Source: Thermoanaerobaculia bacterium
Lineage (GTDB): Bacteria > Acidobacteriota > Thermoanaerobaculia > Multivoradales > Multivoraceae
Direction: 5' to 3'
NCBI GenBank assembly: GCA_963666565.1
Contig: OY762911.1
Coordinates: 800,001 to 864,000 of the forward strand
DNA: 64,000 bases
In this document: positions 51,620-61,837 of the stretch, one piece after another
Position numbering within the stretch: position 1 is the stretch's first letter
Layout of the letters: the number at the start of each line of letters is the position of its first letter
Translations under genes and position numbers: made by a program
The notes under the pieces: model-generated
Databases searched by the model: none
What the model was told of the DNA's origin: nothing
The model's input: only the letters and a program-made list of their open reading frames with translations

Positions 51620-54184
51620 TTAGCGCAGGCGGACTTCGGTCGCGCCGTCGCCGCCGGCGGAGGGGGGCGCGGGATTGAAACCGGCGACGGCCGGGTGGTC
51701 CCGCAGGTGCTCGCGAACGGCCCGGCGAAGGCGGCCGCTGCCGTGGCCGTGGACTACCCGGACGCGTTCGCGGCCGGCGGCCAGAGCCTGATCGAGGTAG
51801 GCGTCGAGGGAATCGAGCGCCGGTTCGACCTGTTGGCCGATGAGGAGGAGTTCCGCCTCAACCGGGTCGGCCTGCGAACGCTGGACCTGGACCCGGCCGG
51901 GCGCCGGGCGCTCGCCGCCGGCCACCGCCACGAGGTCGGCGCTCGGCGTCCGGACGCGCTTGCCGCGTACCAGCACCGTCGCGCGGTCGCCGCGCAGGTC
52001 CTGGAGTTCGCCCTGCCAGCCGAGCGAACGGTGGCCCACGCGGGCGCCGGCGACGAGGGGACGCCGCGGCGCCCCCGGCGAAGCGCCGGCGTCCGTCGCG
52101 TCGGAAGCGAGATCGCCCGCCGACTCGGAGGTGCGCTCAGTTGCCGCCTCGGAGGCGCGGTTGGCCGCGGCCGATTTGTCGCGGTCGAGCTCTCCGTGCA
52201 GGGAGGCGGCCGCGCGGGCGAAGGCTCGCTTGCCCGGGCGCTGTCTACCGGGTCGCTTGGGCGTCGATGCCAACTCGGCCAGGGCCTCGTCCAGCCGGCG
52301 GCGGTTCGTCCGCCGCAGAGAGTCGACTTCGCGGCCGAGGGCCCGGTCGAGCCGCCGCCGGGCCCCCCGCAGCGATTCCTGCCGGGTCTCGAAGCGGGCG
52401 CGGGCCGCCTCCGCCTCGCCGGTCAGCCGGCCTAGCTCGGCCTCCCGCTCCAGCAGCCGCTCGCGGAGCCGCTCGTTGCGCTCCAGCACGCGCCGCAGCT
52501 TCTGGTGCTCGGAGCCCAGGAAGTGCTCGGCCCGCTCCAGCCAGGCCGGCGGCAGGCCGAGCCGGCGCGCCAGCGCCAGCGCCTGGCTGCCGCCGGGCGG
52601 GCCGAGGGCCAGCCGGTAGGTGGGCAGGCCGTTCTCCGGGTCGAACCCCATCGCGGCGCAGGAGGCCGCCTGCGATTCCAGGGCCGCGGCGGCGAGCTGG
52701 GTCAGGTGCGTCGTCAGGATGCCGAGCGAACCGCGTTCGACCAGCCCCTCCAGCAGGGCGATGCCGAGGGCGGCGCCCTCCTCGGGGTTCGTGCCGGCGC
52801 CGACCTCGTCGAGCAGCACGAGGGCGCCGGGTCCGGCGCGCCGCCACACTTCGCGCAGGCGCAGCAGGCGGGCGCTGAACGTCGACTGCTCGTCCAGGAC
52901 GCTCTGCTCGTCGCCGACCACCGCCACGACGTGGTCGAGGATCGGCAAGCGGCTCTCCGGCGCCGCCGGAACCGGCAGACCCGCCTGGGTCATCAGGCAC
53001 AGCAGCCCGACCGTCTTCAGGGCGACCGTTTTGCCGCCGGCGTTCGGACCGGTCAGGACGAGGGTCCGGTGCTCGTCGAGCTTCAGGTCGAGCGGCACGA
53101 CGGCGCCGCGGTTGCCGGCGGCCCCCAGCGCCTGTTCCCTGCGGTCGGCGAGCCGCGGGTCGAGCAGGGGGTGGCGGGCGGAACGAAGTTCGAGCAGAGG
53201 AGCGGCGCCGGCCGCGTCGTCGTCCGCCGCACCTGCCGCGACCCCCGCCAGCGCCGCGTCGACCTCGGCGGCGAAGCGCGCCGCCGCCTGCATCGAGTCG
53301 ACGGCGGCCAGGTGGTCGATGCGCGCGACGATCGCGGGGGCGAGGCGGCGCGCCTGCGCCGCCAGTTCGGCCAGGATGCGCGTCCGCTCGATCTCCCGGT
53401 CGGATGCGATGCGCTCCAGCTCGTCGTTGCCCTCGACCGTCTCGGCGGGTTCGAAGTAGAAGCTCCTGCCGGAGGCCGAGCGGCCGCGGACGAGCCCGGC
53501 GAGCCGTCTGCGGCTGCCCGAGGGCAGCAGCACGGACAGGCGGCCGCCCCGCATGGGGGTCGAGTCGTCGGCGAGGGCGTGGCCGTGGCGGCGGACGTAG
53601 GCCTGAAGCGAGGCTTCGACCGAGGCCTGGGTGCGGCGGGCATCCCGGACAAGCGTCCGTAGCCGCGGCGTCGCATCGTCCCGCACCTCGCCGCGGCGGT
53701 CCAGCATGCGGCGGAGCCGGCTCGCCAGCCCGGCGCAGCCGCCGCCCGGCCGGCCCGCCGCGGCGGCATCGCCGGCGCCGGAGTCCCCGGCGCCGGCCTC
53801 CATCAGGCGCAGGGCCTCGACCTCGGCGGCGCAATGCGGCGTGGCGTCGAAGCTCTCGAGCCGGGCCAGGACCTCCTCGCTGGCCTCGACGGCCGCCGCC
53901 AGGTCGAGAAGCTGCGGTCCGGCCAGCCCCCGGCCGTCCCCCTCGAGATGGCCGCGCAGGTCGAGCAGCCCGTCGAGCGACGGCGCGAGCGCCCCGCCCC
54001 GTTCGACCTCGCCGGCGATCTCGGCGTAGCGGACCCGGCGGCGCTGGATCTCCTCGACGTCGGTCTCCGGCTCGATGGCCCGGACCGCCCGGACGCCGGC
54101 GTCCGTCGACGCGAAGCCGGAGAGGACGGCGAGCAGCGACGGAAACTCGAGCGCCTCGGCGGTTGCCGCGCTGCAGCAGCTCAC
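51620..54184 (-). CDS. mutS2: MutS2 family protein (ATPase, coiled coil, KOW, Smr)
   Basis: ARHPLL, TGPNAGGKTVALK, STFSA, LLDEVGAGT, TTH; C-terminal VVHGHGSGRLR Smr domain. Confidence 0.92.
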   Translation of the reverse strand: MSCCSAATAEALEFPSLLAVLSGFASTDAGVRAVRAIEPETDVEEIQRRRVRYAEIAGEVERGGALAPSLDGLLDLRGHLEGDGRGLAGPQLLDLAAAVEASEEVLARLESFDATPHCAAEVEALRLMEAGAGDSGAGDAAAAGRPGGGCAGLASRLRRMLDRRGEVRDDATPRLRTLVRDARRTQASVEASLQAYVRRHGHALADDSTPMRGGRLSVLLPSGSRRRLAGLVRGRSASGRSFYFEPAETVEGNDELERIASDREIERTRILAELAAQARRLAPAIVARIDHLAAVDSMQAAARFAAEVDAALAGVAAGAADDDAAGAAPLLELRSARHPLLDPRLADRREQALGAAGNRGAVVPLDLKLDEHRTLVLTGPNAGGKTVALKTVGLLCLMTQAGLPVPAAPESRLPILDHVVAVVGDEQSVLDEQSTFSARLLRLREVWRRAGPGALVLLDEVGAGTNPEEGAALGIALLEGLVERGSLGILTTHLTQLAAAALESQAASCAAMGFDPENGLPTYRLALGPPGGSQALALARRLGLPPAWLERAEHFLGSEHQKLRRVLERNERLRERLLEREAELGRLTGEAEAARARFETRQESLRGARRRLDRALGREVDSLRRTNRRRLDEALAELASTPKRPGRQRPGKRAFARAAASLHGELDRDKSAAANRASEAATERTSESAGDLASDATDAGASPGAPRRPLVAGARVGHRSLGWQGELQDLRGDRATVLVRGKRVRTPSADLVAVAGGERPAPGRVQVQRSQADPVEAELLLIGQQVEPALDSLDAYLDQALAAGRERVRVVHGHGSGRLRRAVREHLRDHPAVAGFNPAPPSAGGDGATEVRLR

Positions 54185-54217
54185 GAGCGCGGCGCAACGA
54201 ACTCGCTGCGTCGACTC

Positions 54218-54427
54218 CTACGCGAGGCCGGCGCGGCGCTCTTCGGCCAAGCGGCGAAGCATCTTCTTGCGCGCCTGCATGACCTTGCGCTTCCGCTTGA
54301 CGGACGGCTTCTCGAAGTGCTGGCGCTTCTTGAGCTCCGTCAGGATGCCCTCCTTCTCGCACTTCCGCTTGAAGCGGCGAAGCGCGTTCTCGAAGCTCTC
54401 GTCTTCGCGTACCTGCACGACCGGCAT
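54218..54427 (-). CDS. rpsU: 30S ribosomal protein S21
   Basis: [27 protein letters not shown]...FEKPSVKRK. Confidence 0.96.
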   Translation of the reverse strand: MPVVQVREDESFENALRRFKRKCEKEGILTELKKRQHFEKPSVKRKRKVMQARKKMLRRLAEERRAGLA

Positions 54428-54514
54428 GAAGTGATCCCGTTCCTTCGTTGAACCGCGGGCACTCGCCCGTACCGCCCGGGGCCGCCGACGCACGACTGCC
54501 CGCAAGCGGAGCGC

Positions 54515-54543
54515 ATTCTGCACGACCCGGCCCGCCGCGTCAA
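54515..54543 (-). promoter_or_regulatory. Putative sigma70 promoter upstream of rpsU
   Basis: Minus strand TTGACG-N17-CAGAAT. Confidence 0.5.
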
Positions 54544-54626
54544 GGGCGGGACGAACCCCGGCGGCGCGTCCTCGCGCCACCGGCGTCGTGTCCGAGCGCC
54601 CGTCCGCGGGCGATCGGATGTCTCGC

Positions 54627-55418
54627 CTACTCTTCTTCCGTCTTGCCTTCGACCGCGTTCGCGTCCGTGCGGTAGACCTTCCGGTCGCCCTCGCGGAAGA
54701 AGACGCCGGCCGCGGCGCCGTCGCCGTGCTCCTCGGGATTCTTGGGGTAGAACCAGGCGAACACGTTCTCCGCGTCGAACTCGCGGACGTTGCGGTGGAA
54801 GACCTTGCCGAGGAGAGCCTCGACCTCCGCCTCGGTCATGCCCCGCTTGACCTCCGCCAGCCGTTCGGCGGTGATGTAGCGCGCTTCCTGGTACTCGGCC
54901 AGGCGCGCCTGGAGATCGGCGTTGTCCGGATCGACGCCGAGGGCCCGCTCCAGCATCTCGACCGCCCGGCGGTAGTCGCCGCCCTTGACCACGTACTCCT
55001 CGGCGATGTACATGTCCTCGGCGCTCTTCATCGCGAAGGCGGCCTGCTGCTCTTCGGTCATCTCGCCGCCAAGTTCCCACTCGGCCTCGTTGATGTAGTT
55101 GACCAGCTTGGTCGACAGGGCGTCGCCGTCGGCGCCGATCTCGTTGTCGAGGGCGTCGGCCTGCGCGGTCAGCGCCTCGACGTCCTCGTCCTCGCCCGGA
55201 GCGGCGACGCGGGCGCGAAGCCCCGCCAGTTCGTCGCGCCTGGCGTTCAGCGCGGCCTGCTCTTCCTGGAGTTCGGACCATGCGTCGGCGCGCGCGGCGG
55301 CGACCCGTTCCTCCTCGGAGGGGCCGCAGGCGACCAGTGCGACGAACAGGAAGACGACCGAAACGCCGGCGGCGAACCCCGCCCGGCCCGGCCGCCCGAT
55401 TGGAGTGGATCTCGACAT
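54627..55418 (-). CDS. Lipoprotein with coiled coil, TPR-like motif and SmpA/BamE-like domain
   Basis: Lipobox LVAC; [18 protein letters not shown]; [15 protein letters not shown]...WFY. Confidence 0.75.
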   Translation of the reverse strand: MSRSTPIGRPGRAGFAAGVSVVFLFVALVACGPSEEERVAAARADAWSELQEEQAALNARRDELAGLRARVAAPGEDEDVEALTAQADALDNEIGADGDALSTKLVNYINEAEWELGGEMTEEQQAAFAMKSAEDMYIAEEYVVKGGDYRRAVEMLERALGVDPDNADLQARLAEYQEARYITAERLAEVKRGMTEAEVEALLGKVFHRNVREFDAENVFAWFYPKNPEEHGDGAAAGVFFREGDRKVYRTDANAVEGKTEEE

Positions 55419-55640
55419 TCTGGCGCCTCCTTGGTCCGCTTCTTGGGTGCCGCGGACTATACCCCAAGGCGGGCCGGCATCGGAGGCGCGCGGCGCGGAA
55501 ACGGCGCGCCCCGATTCCCGGCGCGGCGCCGGGGAAGCGGGAGGCGGGGAGCGGGCGCCGCGGAACGACGCGAGCGAGACCCGCGGCGACGCTCGCGCCC
55601 GGGTGGGGCTATACTGCCGCACTGCGCTCGGGGGCCCTGG

Positions 55641-55713
55641 GGGTCCATAGCTCAGCGGTTAGAGCATCCGGCTCATAACCGGCAGGTCCCTGGTTCGAAT
55701 CCAGGTGGACCCA
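55641..55713 (+). tRNA. tRNA with CAT anticodon, probably tRNA-Ile2 (lysidine); CCA not encoded
   Basis: GGGTCCA/TGGACCC acceptor stem, loop CTCATAA, paired G1-C72 and no GGG/CCC anticodon stem (not initiator); followed by ACAC rather than ACCA. Confidence 0.9.
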
Positions 55714-55834
55714 CACCGCGAACGGCGGAGCCTGCGATCGCTGCCTCGTTGGAACATCTGACAAATCGGCGTTTCGCCGGCGGACGGCAGATCGGTCGCT
55801 GCGGCGGATCGGCCCGGCTTCGGAACGGAGCGGA

Positions 55835-56575
55835 ATGGAAAGAGTCCTCGACATGATCGTAGATCTGCAGCAGGCGAGCCTCGAACTCGCCCACAGCCGC
55901 GCCCTGCTGGAAGGAGTTCCCGAGTCGATGCAGGAACTCCACGACCAGTACGAGAGCCAACGGGGCGAGATCGAGCGGCTGGAGCAGGAATGCCAGCAGG
56001 CGGAACTCGACCGCCGCGCCGCGGAAGCGGAGGCGGCATCGGGCAAGGAGAGCATCGACCGCTACCAGGAACAGATCGCCCGGGTGACGACGCAGCGCGA
56101 GTACGGCGCGCTCCTGAGCGAGATCGACACCGTCCGCGCCAGGATGCGCGAAGCCGACGACGAGGCCCTGCAGGCCATCGAGCGCCAGGAGGAGGCCTCG
56201 GCGGAGCTCGACGGCATCCGCGGCGCCTTCGAGACCCTGAACGAGCAGTACCAGGAACAGCTCGCCGTCTGGGAGGAGCAGAAGCCCGAGATGCGCAAGC
56301 GCGTCGAGGCGCTCGAAGGCCGGATCGAGGTGTACCGCGAACGTCTCCCTCCCGCCGCCCTCCTCCAGTACGAGCGCCTGTTCGAGCGTCACGACGGTGC
56401 GCCCCTGGCCGTCATCGGGGTCGTGGAGGGCGCCGGCGCGCCCATCCGGCACTGTTCCTTCTGCAACTACCGGATCAGGCCGCAGGTCGTCGTGCAGATT
56501 CAGACCCAGGGAGCGCTCGTCCCCTGCGACTCCTGCCAGCGGATCCTGTACCTGGACGGCGGAGGGACCGACTGA
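55835..56575 (+). CDS. Coiled-coil plus C4 zinc-ribbon protein (CT398/HP0958-like)
   Basis: Long coiled coil, REYGALLSEI, CSFC...CDSCQRILY. Confidence 0.88.
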   Translation: MERVLDMIVDLQQASLELAHSRALLEGVPESMQELHDQYESQRGEIERLEQECQQAELDRRAAEAEAASGKESIDRYQEQIARVTTQREYGALLSEIDTVRARMREADDEALQAIERQEEASAELDGIRGAFETLNEQYQEQLAVWEEQKPEMRKRVEALEGRIEVYRERLPPAALLQYERLFERHDGAPLAVIGVVEGAGAPIRHCSFCNYRIRPQVVVQIQTQGALVPCDSCQRILYLDGGGTD

Positions 56576-57294
56576 GCGACGCGCCGGAACGGACAGCCGC
56601 GGACCGCTACGCGGAGATCGTGGAGCGGCTGGCGGAGGCCTGCCGGCGGGCGGGCAGGCAGCCGGGGGACGTGGCCCTGGTCGGCGCCTGCAAGCGCCAG
56701 CCGATCGAGCGGATCGCCGAGGCGCTGGAGGCGGGTCTGCGGATTCTCGGCGAGAACCGGGTCCAGGAAGCGGAGACGCACCGGGCGGCGCTGGTCGAGG
56801 AAGGCTTCGGCGACCGGGTCGCGTGGCATCTGATCGGGCCGCTCCAGACGAACAAGGCGGGTCGGGCCTGCGAGGTCTTCGACGTGTTCGAGGCGGTCGA
56901 CCGGCCGAAGATCGCGGCGCGGCTCGACCGGGTGCTCGCCGGCCGGGGAGACGGCGTCCGAAGCTGCCTGCTGGAAGTGAACGTCGGCCGCGAGCCGAGC
57001 AAGCACGGGTTCCTGCCCGAGGACGAGGAGGGGATGCTGGGGCTGGCGGAGCTGGAGCGGCTGCGGATCCGCGGGCTGATGGCGATTCCGCCTGGGCGCG
57101 CGGCGGCGAGCGAGTCCCGGGCGGACTTCGCGGCGCTCCGGCGCCTGCGCGACCGGCTCGGGAAGCGCGGGTTGTTCGGAGAGCGCGAGGGGTGGCTGTC
57201 GATGGGGATGAGCGCGGACTTCGAGGCGGCGGTGCTGGAGGGGGCGACGCATGTGCGGATCGGCTCGGCGTTGTTCGGGCCGCGGCCGGGGTAA
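56572..57294 (+). CDS. yggS: PLP homeostasis protein (YggS/PLPBP); start uncertain
   Basis: ACKRQP, GENRVQE, WHLIGPLQTNK, SKHG, GLMAIP, LSMGMSADF, GATHVRIGS. Confidence 0.93.
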   Translation: MSDAPERTAADRYAEIVERLAEACRRAGRQPGDVALVGACKRQPIERIAEALEAGLRILGENRVQEAETHRAALVEEGFGDRVAWHLIGPLQTNKAGRACEVFDVFEAVDRPKIAARLDRVLAGRGDGVRSCLLEVNVGREPSKHGFLPEDEEGMLGLAELERLRIRGLMAIPPGRAAASESRADFAALRRLRDRLGKRGLFGEREGWLSMGMSADFEAAVLEGATHVRIGSALFGPRPG

Positions 57295-57338
57295 GAAGGA
57301 CGCCGGTCAGGGCCGGCGACGGTGCTACCGTTCAGGGC

Positions 57339-59183
57339 TTGGAGACTCTGTCCGATCTGCTCGCGGTCGTCGCGGAGCGCCACGGGGATCGCGAGGCCTT
57401 GCTGGCGATCCGGCGGCATGGCCGGACGGAGTCGCTGTCGGCGGGCGAGTTCATCGACGCCGTCCGCCGGACCGCGACGGCGCTCGAGTCGCACGGCGTG
57501 GCGAAGGGCGACCGGATCGCGCTGTTCGCCACGAACCGGCCGGAGTGGCACGTCGTCGACTTCGCCTGCCATCTGCTGGGCGCGGTGTCGGTGCCGATCT
57601 ACCCGACGCTCAACGCGCCCCAGGTCGCCTACATCCTGCTCGACAGCGGCGCCGGCTGGATCTTCTACGACGACGAGGCGAAGCGGGACCTGCTCGCCGG
57701 CGTCGTCCCGGGCGGCGCCGGGGACGCCGAAGGCGCGCGGGCCGCGGCGTCCGGCGACGAGCGTCGGCAGGACGAAGATGCGCGGCCGCCGTCCAGCGAA
57801 GAGGGCGGGCAGCGGGGCCTGCGGCTGGTGGCGCTGGACCCAGGGGCCGCGGCGGAGGGCGGCACTCATCTCGACGCTCTGATTGCCGGCGCGCCGCCGG
57901 CCGCGGGCGCCGACCTCGCCGCCTTCGCCGGGCGGGTCGGCCCGGACGACACGGCGAGCGTCATTTACACCTCCGGCACCACCGGCGATCCCAAGGGCGT
58001 CGTCCTGTCGCACCGGAACTTCGTCTCGAACATCCTCGCCTGCCAGGAGCTCTACCCTCTGGGAGAAGAGGACCGGGCGCTCTCCTTCCTGCCGCTCTCC
58101 CACGTCTTCGAGCGCACCGTCGACTACCTCTTCTTCTACCGTGGGGTGTCGATCCACTACTCCCCCGCGATCGAGCGCGTCGCCGGGCTGATGCCGGACG
58201 TGCGGCCCACCGTCCTGTGCTCCGTGCCCAGGCTCTACGAGAGCGCCTACGTCCGTATCCGCAACACGTTCGCGAGCCAGCCGCCGGCCCGCCGCCGGCT
58301 GATCGACTGGGCGCTCAAGGTGGGCAAACGGCGGGCGGAGCGCGGCGGAGCGGCGGTCCGCGGCCTGCTCGCCGACCGCCTCGTGTTCCGCAAGATCAAG
58401 CAGCGGTTCGGGGGCCGCCTGCGGTTCGCCATCTCCGGCGGCGCGGCGATCGCCGACGAGGTCGCCGAGTTCTTCGACACGATCGGCATCCGGCTCTACC
58501 AGGGCTACGGCCTGACCGAGACGGCGCCGGTGCTGGCCGTGGAGTACCCCGGCGCCTCGCGGCGCGGCTCGGTCGGCAAGGCCGCTCCCGGAGTCGAACT
58601 GCGGATCGCCGACGACGGCGAGATCCTCGCCCGCACCGAGGGCCTGATGCAGGGCTACTGGAACAAGCCCGAGGCCACCGCGGAGGCGATCGACCCGGAC
58701 GGCTGGTTCCACACCGGCGACATCGGCCGCCTCGACGACGACGGCTTCCTCTACATCACGGACCGCAAGAAGGACCTGCTGGTCACCAGCAACGGCAAGA
58801 ACGTCGCGCCGCAGCCGATCGAGCAGATGCTGATCGCCCACCCCGCGGTCGCCCAGGTGGTCGTGGTCGGCGACGGCTACCCGTACCTCAACGCCCTGAT
58901 CGTGCCCAACTACGCGGAGCCGCCGGCGCCCTTCGAGGAGATGGACCCCGCGGAACTGCGGGAGGATCCGCGCCTCCAGGAGGTCGTCAAGGGATTGCTC
59001 GACCGGGCGAACGAGCGCCTGCCGGTCCACGAACGGGTGCGCCGCTTCCGGCTGCTCGAGCGCGAGCTGACGCTGGAGGAGGGCGAGATCACGCCCACGC
59101 TGAAGGTGCGCCGGAAGATCGTCAACGAGCGCTACCGCGACGTGATCGCCTCGATGTACCTGAAGAGCCAGCGAGTCAATTGA
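57339..59183 (+). CDS. Long-chain fatty-acid-CoA ligase; start uncertain
   Basis: IYTSGTTGDPKGV, FLPLSHVFER, YQGYGLTET, GWFHTGDIG, DRKKDL, TPTLKVRR. Confidence 0.93.
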   Translation: METLSDLLAVVAERHGDREALLAIRRHGRTESLSAGEFIDAVRRTATALESHGVAKGDRIALFATNRPEWHVVDFACHLLGAVSVPIYPTLNAPQVAYILLDSGAGWIFYDDEAKRDLLAGVVPGGAGDAEGARAAASGDERRQDEDARPPSSEEGGQRGLRLVALDPGAAAEGGTHLDALIAGAPPAAGADLAAFAGRVGPDDTASVIYTSGTTGDPKGVVLSHRNFVSNILACQELYPLGEEDRALSFLPLSHVFERTVDYLFFYRGVSIHYSPAIERVAGLMPDVRPTVLCSVPRLYESAYVRIRNTFASQPPARRRLIDWALKVGKRRAERGGAAVRGLLADRLVFRKIKQRFGGRLRFAISGGAAIADEVAEFFDTIGIRLYQGYGLTETAPVLAVEYPGASRRGSVGKAAPGVELRIADDGEILARTEGLMQGYWNKPEATAEAIDPDGWFHTGDIGRLDDDGFLYITDRKKDLLVTSNGKNVAPQPIEQMLIAHPAVAQVVVVGDGYPYLNALIVPNYAEPPAPFEEMDPAELREDPRLQEVVKGLLDRANERLPVHERVRRFRLLERELTLEEGEITPTLKVRRKIVNERYRDVIASMYLKSQRVN

Positions 59184-59487
59184 CGCGGCCGGACTGGTCC
59201 GTCGGGTCGGGCGCCTCCTCGATCGGGCCGTGGACCTCCTCGTAGCGCCGCAGGTTCGTGCCGAGGGCGCGGATGATCCGCTTGAGATGCCCGGGGCTCG
59301 TCACGATCCGGGCGCTGACGATGCCCTGGGGCGGCACCACGTTGATGAAGTCGAGGATGAACTCCTCGCGGGTATGGGTGATGCGCAGCAGGTTGGAGTA
59401 CGCCCCCTTCAGCTCGGCGTCGCCGATCTTCACGTTGATCGACGACGCGTCCTCCTCGGCCGCAACATCCTTGGGTTGGTCGCTCAT
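59176..59487 (-). CDS. DUF3467-like small protein
   Basis: GAYSN...HTREEFILDF...ARIVTSPGHLKR...YEEVHGPI; GGAGG RBS. Confidence 0.82.
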   Translation of the reverse strand: MSDQPKDVAAEEDASSINVKIGDAELKGAYSNLLRITHTREEFILDFINVVPPQGIVSARIVTSPGHLKRIIRALGTNLRRYEEVHGPIEEAPDPTDQSGRVN

Positions 59488-60962
59488 TCGTTCCTCCGTT
59501 GATCGCTGGGTGCGCCGGCCTTGCCGCCGGCATTCCGGGTTTGGCCGCGGGGCGCGCCTTGGCTCTCTGAATCGCCGGGCGCAAGCCAATCGATGACTGT
59601 CGGTCGTGGGTCGCCTTCCGCTTCGTCCCCGCCGGCCCGTTCGGCCGACGCCTCCACCTGCCACTCGTGGTCCGGCAGGTAGAGGCCGATGCTCCCGAGG
59701 GCCGTGCTCTCGGCCACCGTGAACCGAAGCGCTCGGCGGCGGTAATCGTACGCCCTGCCGTCGCGCGCGTGAACCGCCACGTCCACCGTGTACTCGCCGG
59801 GGGCCAGCCGCAGCTCGGGACAGACCAGCCGCACCCGCACCGGCCCGGAGAGGAGGCGCGGTTCGTAGCCGGCCAGGTCGGTGTTCGTGCCCCAGCAGTC
59901 GATGCCGCGGGGCGTCTTGACGCCGACGCCGAAGACGAAGTCGGAGAGGTTTTCCCGCGGCTCGACCTCGAGTTCGAAGGCCACCGCTTCCCCCCAGTGC
60001 AGGTGATAGCGCTCTTCCCGTTCCCCGCCGGCCAGCAGCCGGGCCGCCACGATCTCCGCCTGGCCCGAGCCCCAGCGGAGGGTCTCTTCGCCGCCGTCCG
60101 CCGCCGTCGGCACCTCGGCGCCGTCCCCGTCCGCGCCCCCGTCCGCGCCCTCCTTCGAGGCGGCCGCCGCGGCCGCGGACAGGCGGCGCCGGTCGTGGGC
60201 CTCGCCCTCGCGCGCCGCCACCGATTCCAGGTAGGCGTCGATGACCCGCCGGGTCGAGCCCAGGCCGCGGATGCGCCCGCCGTCGAGCCACATGGCGCGG
60301 TCGCAGATCTGGTCGATCAGCGCCATCGTGTGGCTGACCACCAGCAGGGTGCCGCCGCCGGCCAGATGCTCCTCGATCCGCGCCAGGCAGCGGTGAACGA
60401 ACTCCTCGTCGCCCACCGCGAGGACCTCGTCGACCAGCAGGATCTCCGGGTCGGTGTGGATCGCGACCGAGAAGCCCAGCCGGACGTACATGCCCGACGA
60501 GTAGTACTTGATCGGCTCCTCGATGAAGTCGCCGAGCCCGGCGAACTCCACGATGTCGTCGTAGCGCCGCTCGATGCGCCGCCGGCTCAGTCCGAGCAGC
60601 GCCCCGTTGATGTAGACGTTCTCCCGGCCCGAGATCTCCGGATGAAAGCCCGCGCCGAGCTCGATCAGGGCCGCGACCCGGCCGTTCACCGCGAGCTCGC
60701 CGGAGGTCGGCGGCAGCAGGCCGGCCACCAGCTTGATCAGCGTCGACTTGCCCGAACCGTTGCCGCCGATGATGCCCACCGCCTCGCCGACGGCGACCTC
60801 GAAACCGACGTCGGTCAGGGCCTCGACGACTTCGCCCGAACCGAGCCCGCCGGTCAGGCTGCCTTCGAGCAGCGCGCTCTTCAGCGTCCGCAGCCGGTAG
60901 CCGCCGGCGGTGCGCCGGTAGCGCTTGCACAGGCCGCTCGCCGCGATTGCCGGCGGACTCAA
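59484..60962 (-). CDS. wzt: Polysaccharide ABC exporter ATPase with a C-terminal Wzt-C carbohydrate-binding domain
   Basis: GGNGSGKST, ELGAGFHPEISGREN, YSSGMYVRLGF, LLVDEVLAVGD; C-terminal RWGSG...WGTNT...LAPGEY. Confidence 0.92.
   Translation of the reverse strand: MSPPAIAASGLCKRYRRTAGGYRLRTLKSALLEGSLTGGLGSGEVVEALTDVGFEVAVGEAVGIIGGNGSGKSTLIKLVAGLLPPTSGELAVNGRVAALIELGAGFHPEISGRENVYINGALLGLSRRRIERRYDDIVEFAGLGDFIEEPIKYYSSGMYVRLGFSVAIHTDPEILLVDEVLAVGDEEFVHRCLARIEEHLAGGGTLLVVSHTMALIDQICDRAMWLDGGRIRGLGSTRRVIDAYLESVAAREGEAHDRRRLSAAAAAASKEGADGGADGDGAEVPTAADGGEETLRWGSGQAEIVAARLLAGGEREERYHLHWGEAVAFELEVEPRENLSDFVFGVGVKTPRGIDCWGTNTDLAGYEPRLLSGPVRVRLVCPELRLAPGEYTVDVAVHARDGRAYDYRRRALRFTVAESTALGSIGLYLPDHEWQVEASAERAGGDEAEGDPRPTVIDWLAPGDSESQGAPRGQTRNAGGKAGAPSDQRRNE
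59506..59531. repeat. REP-like variant inside the wzt 3' end
   Basis: Minus strand GCCGGC-GGCAAG-GCCGGC-GCACCCAG, read as AGGKAGAPS. Confidence 0.65.
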
Positions 60963-60963
60963 C

Positions 60964-61776
60964 TCAGACCGCCTCTGCCAGGGTGTCGGAGAGGCGCGAG
61001 AACAGGCCGGCGCCCGCTACCCACGACACCGCGGCGATCGCGGCCATGATCGCCCACGCGTCGAGCCCGGGCAGGCGGCCGAAGAACAGAAGGTCCTGGG
61101 TCGCGGTGGTGAACGAAGTCATCGGGTTCAGTTGCACCACCCGCGCGAACTGCGGCGGCAGGTCGCTCAGCGTGTAGATGATCGGCGCCAGGAAGAACGC
61201 CAGGACAAGCAGATTGCCGAGCAGATCCCGCACGTCCTTGAAGTGGACGCACAGGGCCGCCAGCGCGAAGGCGAGACCGGCGACCATGACCAGCTCGAGC
61301 GCCAGCACGGCCGGCAGCAGGACGACCGTCCAGCCCGAGATCGAATGGCCGAGCAGCCGGCCGGCGACCAGCGCGACTCCGACGATCGGCAGCGCCAGCA
61401 GGAAGTGCACCAGGTTCGCCGCCACCGCCACCGCCGGCAGCACCTCGACCGGAAACACCGCCTTGCGGATCAGCCCGCCGTTGGCGGTCAGCGAAGTGCA
61501 GCCCTCGAGCAGCGAGGTCGACACCCAGATCCACGGGAACAGGCCGGTGACGAGGAAGACGCCGTAGGGCTCGACGTCCACCAGGTCCGAGCGCTTCAGG
61601 ATCACGCCGAAGACGAAGGAGTAGACGGCCAGCAGCAGGAGCGGATTCAGCAGCGACCACAGGAAGCCCAGGACGCTGCCGCGGTAGCGCGCCCGGAGTT
61701 CCCGCATGACCAGGGTCCAGAGCAGGCTGCGGTAGCGGACCAGGGATCGAGCCAGATCGACCATTGCCGCGAGCAT
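60964..61776 (-). CDS. wzm: Polysaccharide ABC exporter permease
   Basis: RELRARYRGSVLGFLWSLLNPL, LIRKAVFP, FKDV, APIIY, LNPM. Confidence 0.92.
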   Translation of the reverse strand: MLAAMVDLARSLVRYRSLLWTLVMRELRARYRGSVLGFLWSLLNPLLLLAVYSFVFGVILKRSDLVDVEPYGVFLVTGLFPWIWVSTSLLEGCTSLTANGGLIRKAVFPVEVLPAVAVAANLVHFLLALPIVGVALVAGRLLGHSISGWTVVLLPAVLALELVMVAGLAFALAALCVHFKDVRDLLGNLLVLAFFLAPIIYTLSDLPPQFARVVQLNPMTSFTTATQDLLFFGRLPGLDAWAIMAAIAAVSWVAGAGLFSRLSDTLAEAV

Positions 61777-61837
61777 CTTACGCGGGCGCCCCGGGGCGGC
61801 CCGCCGCCGCCAGAGGCGGCCGGGAAGCGGCCGCGAT

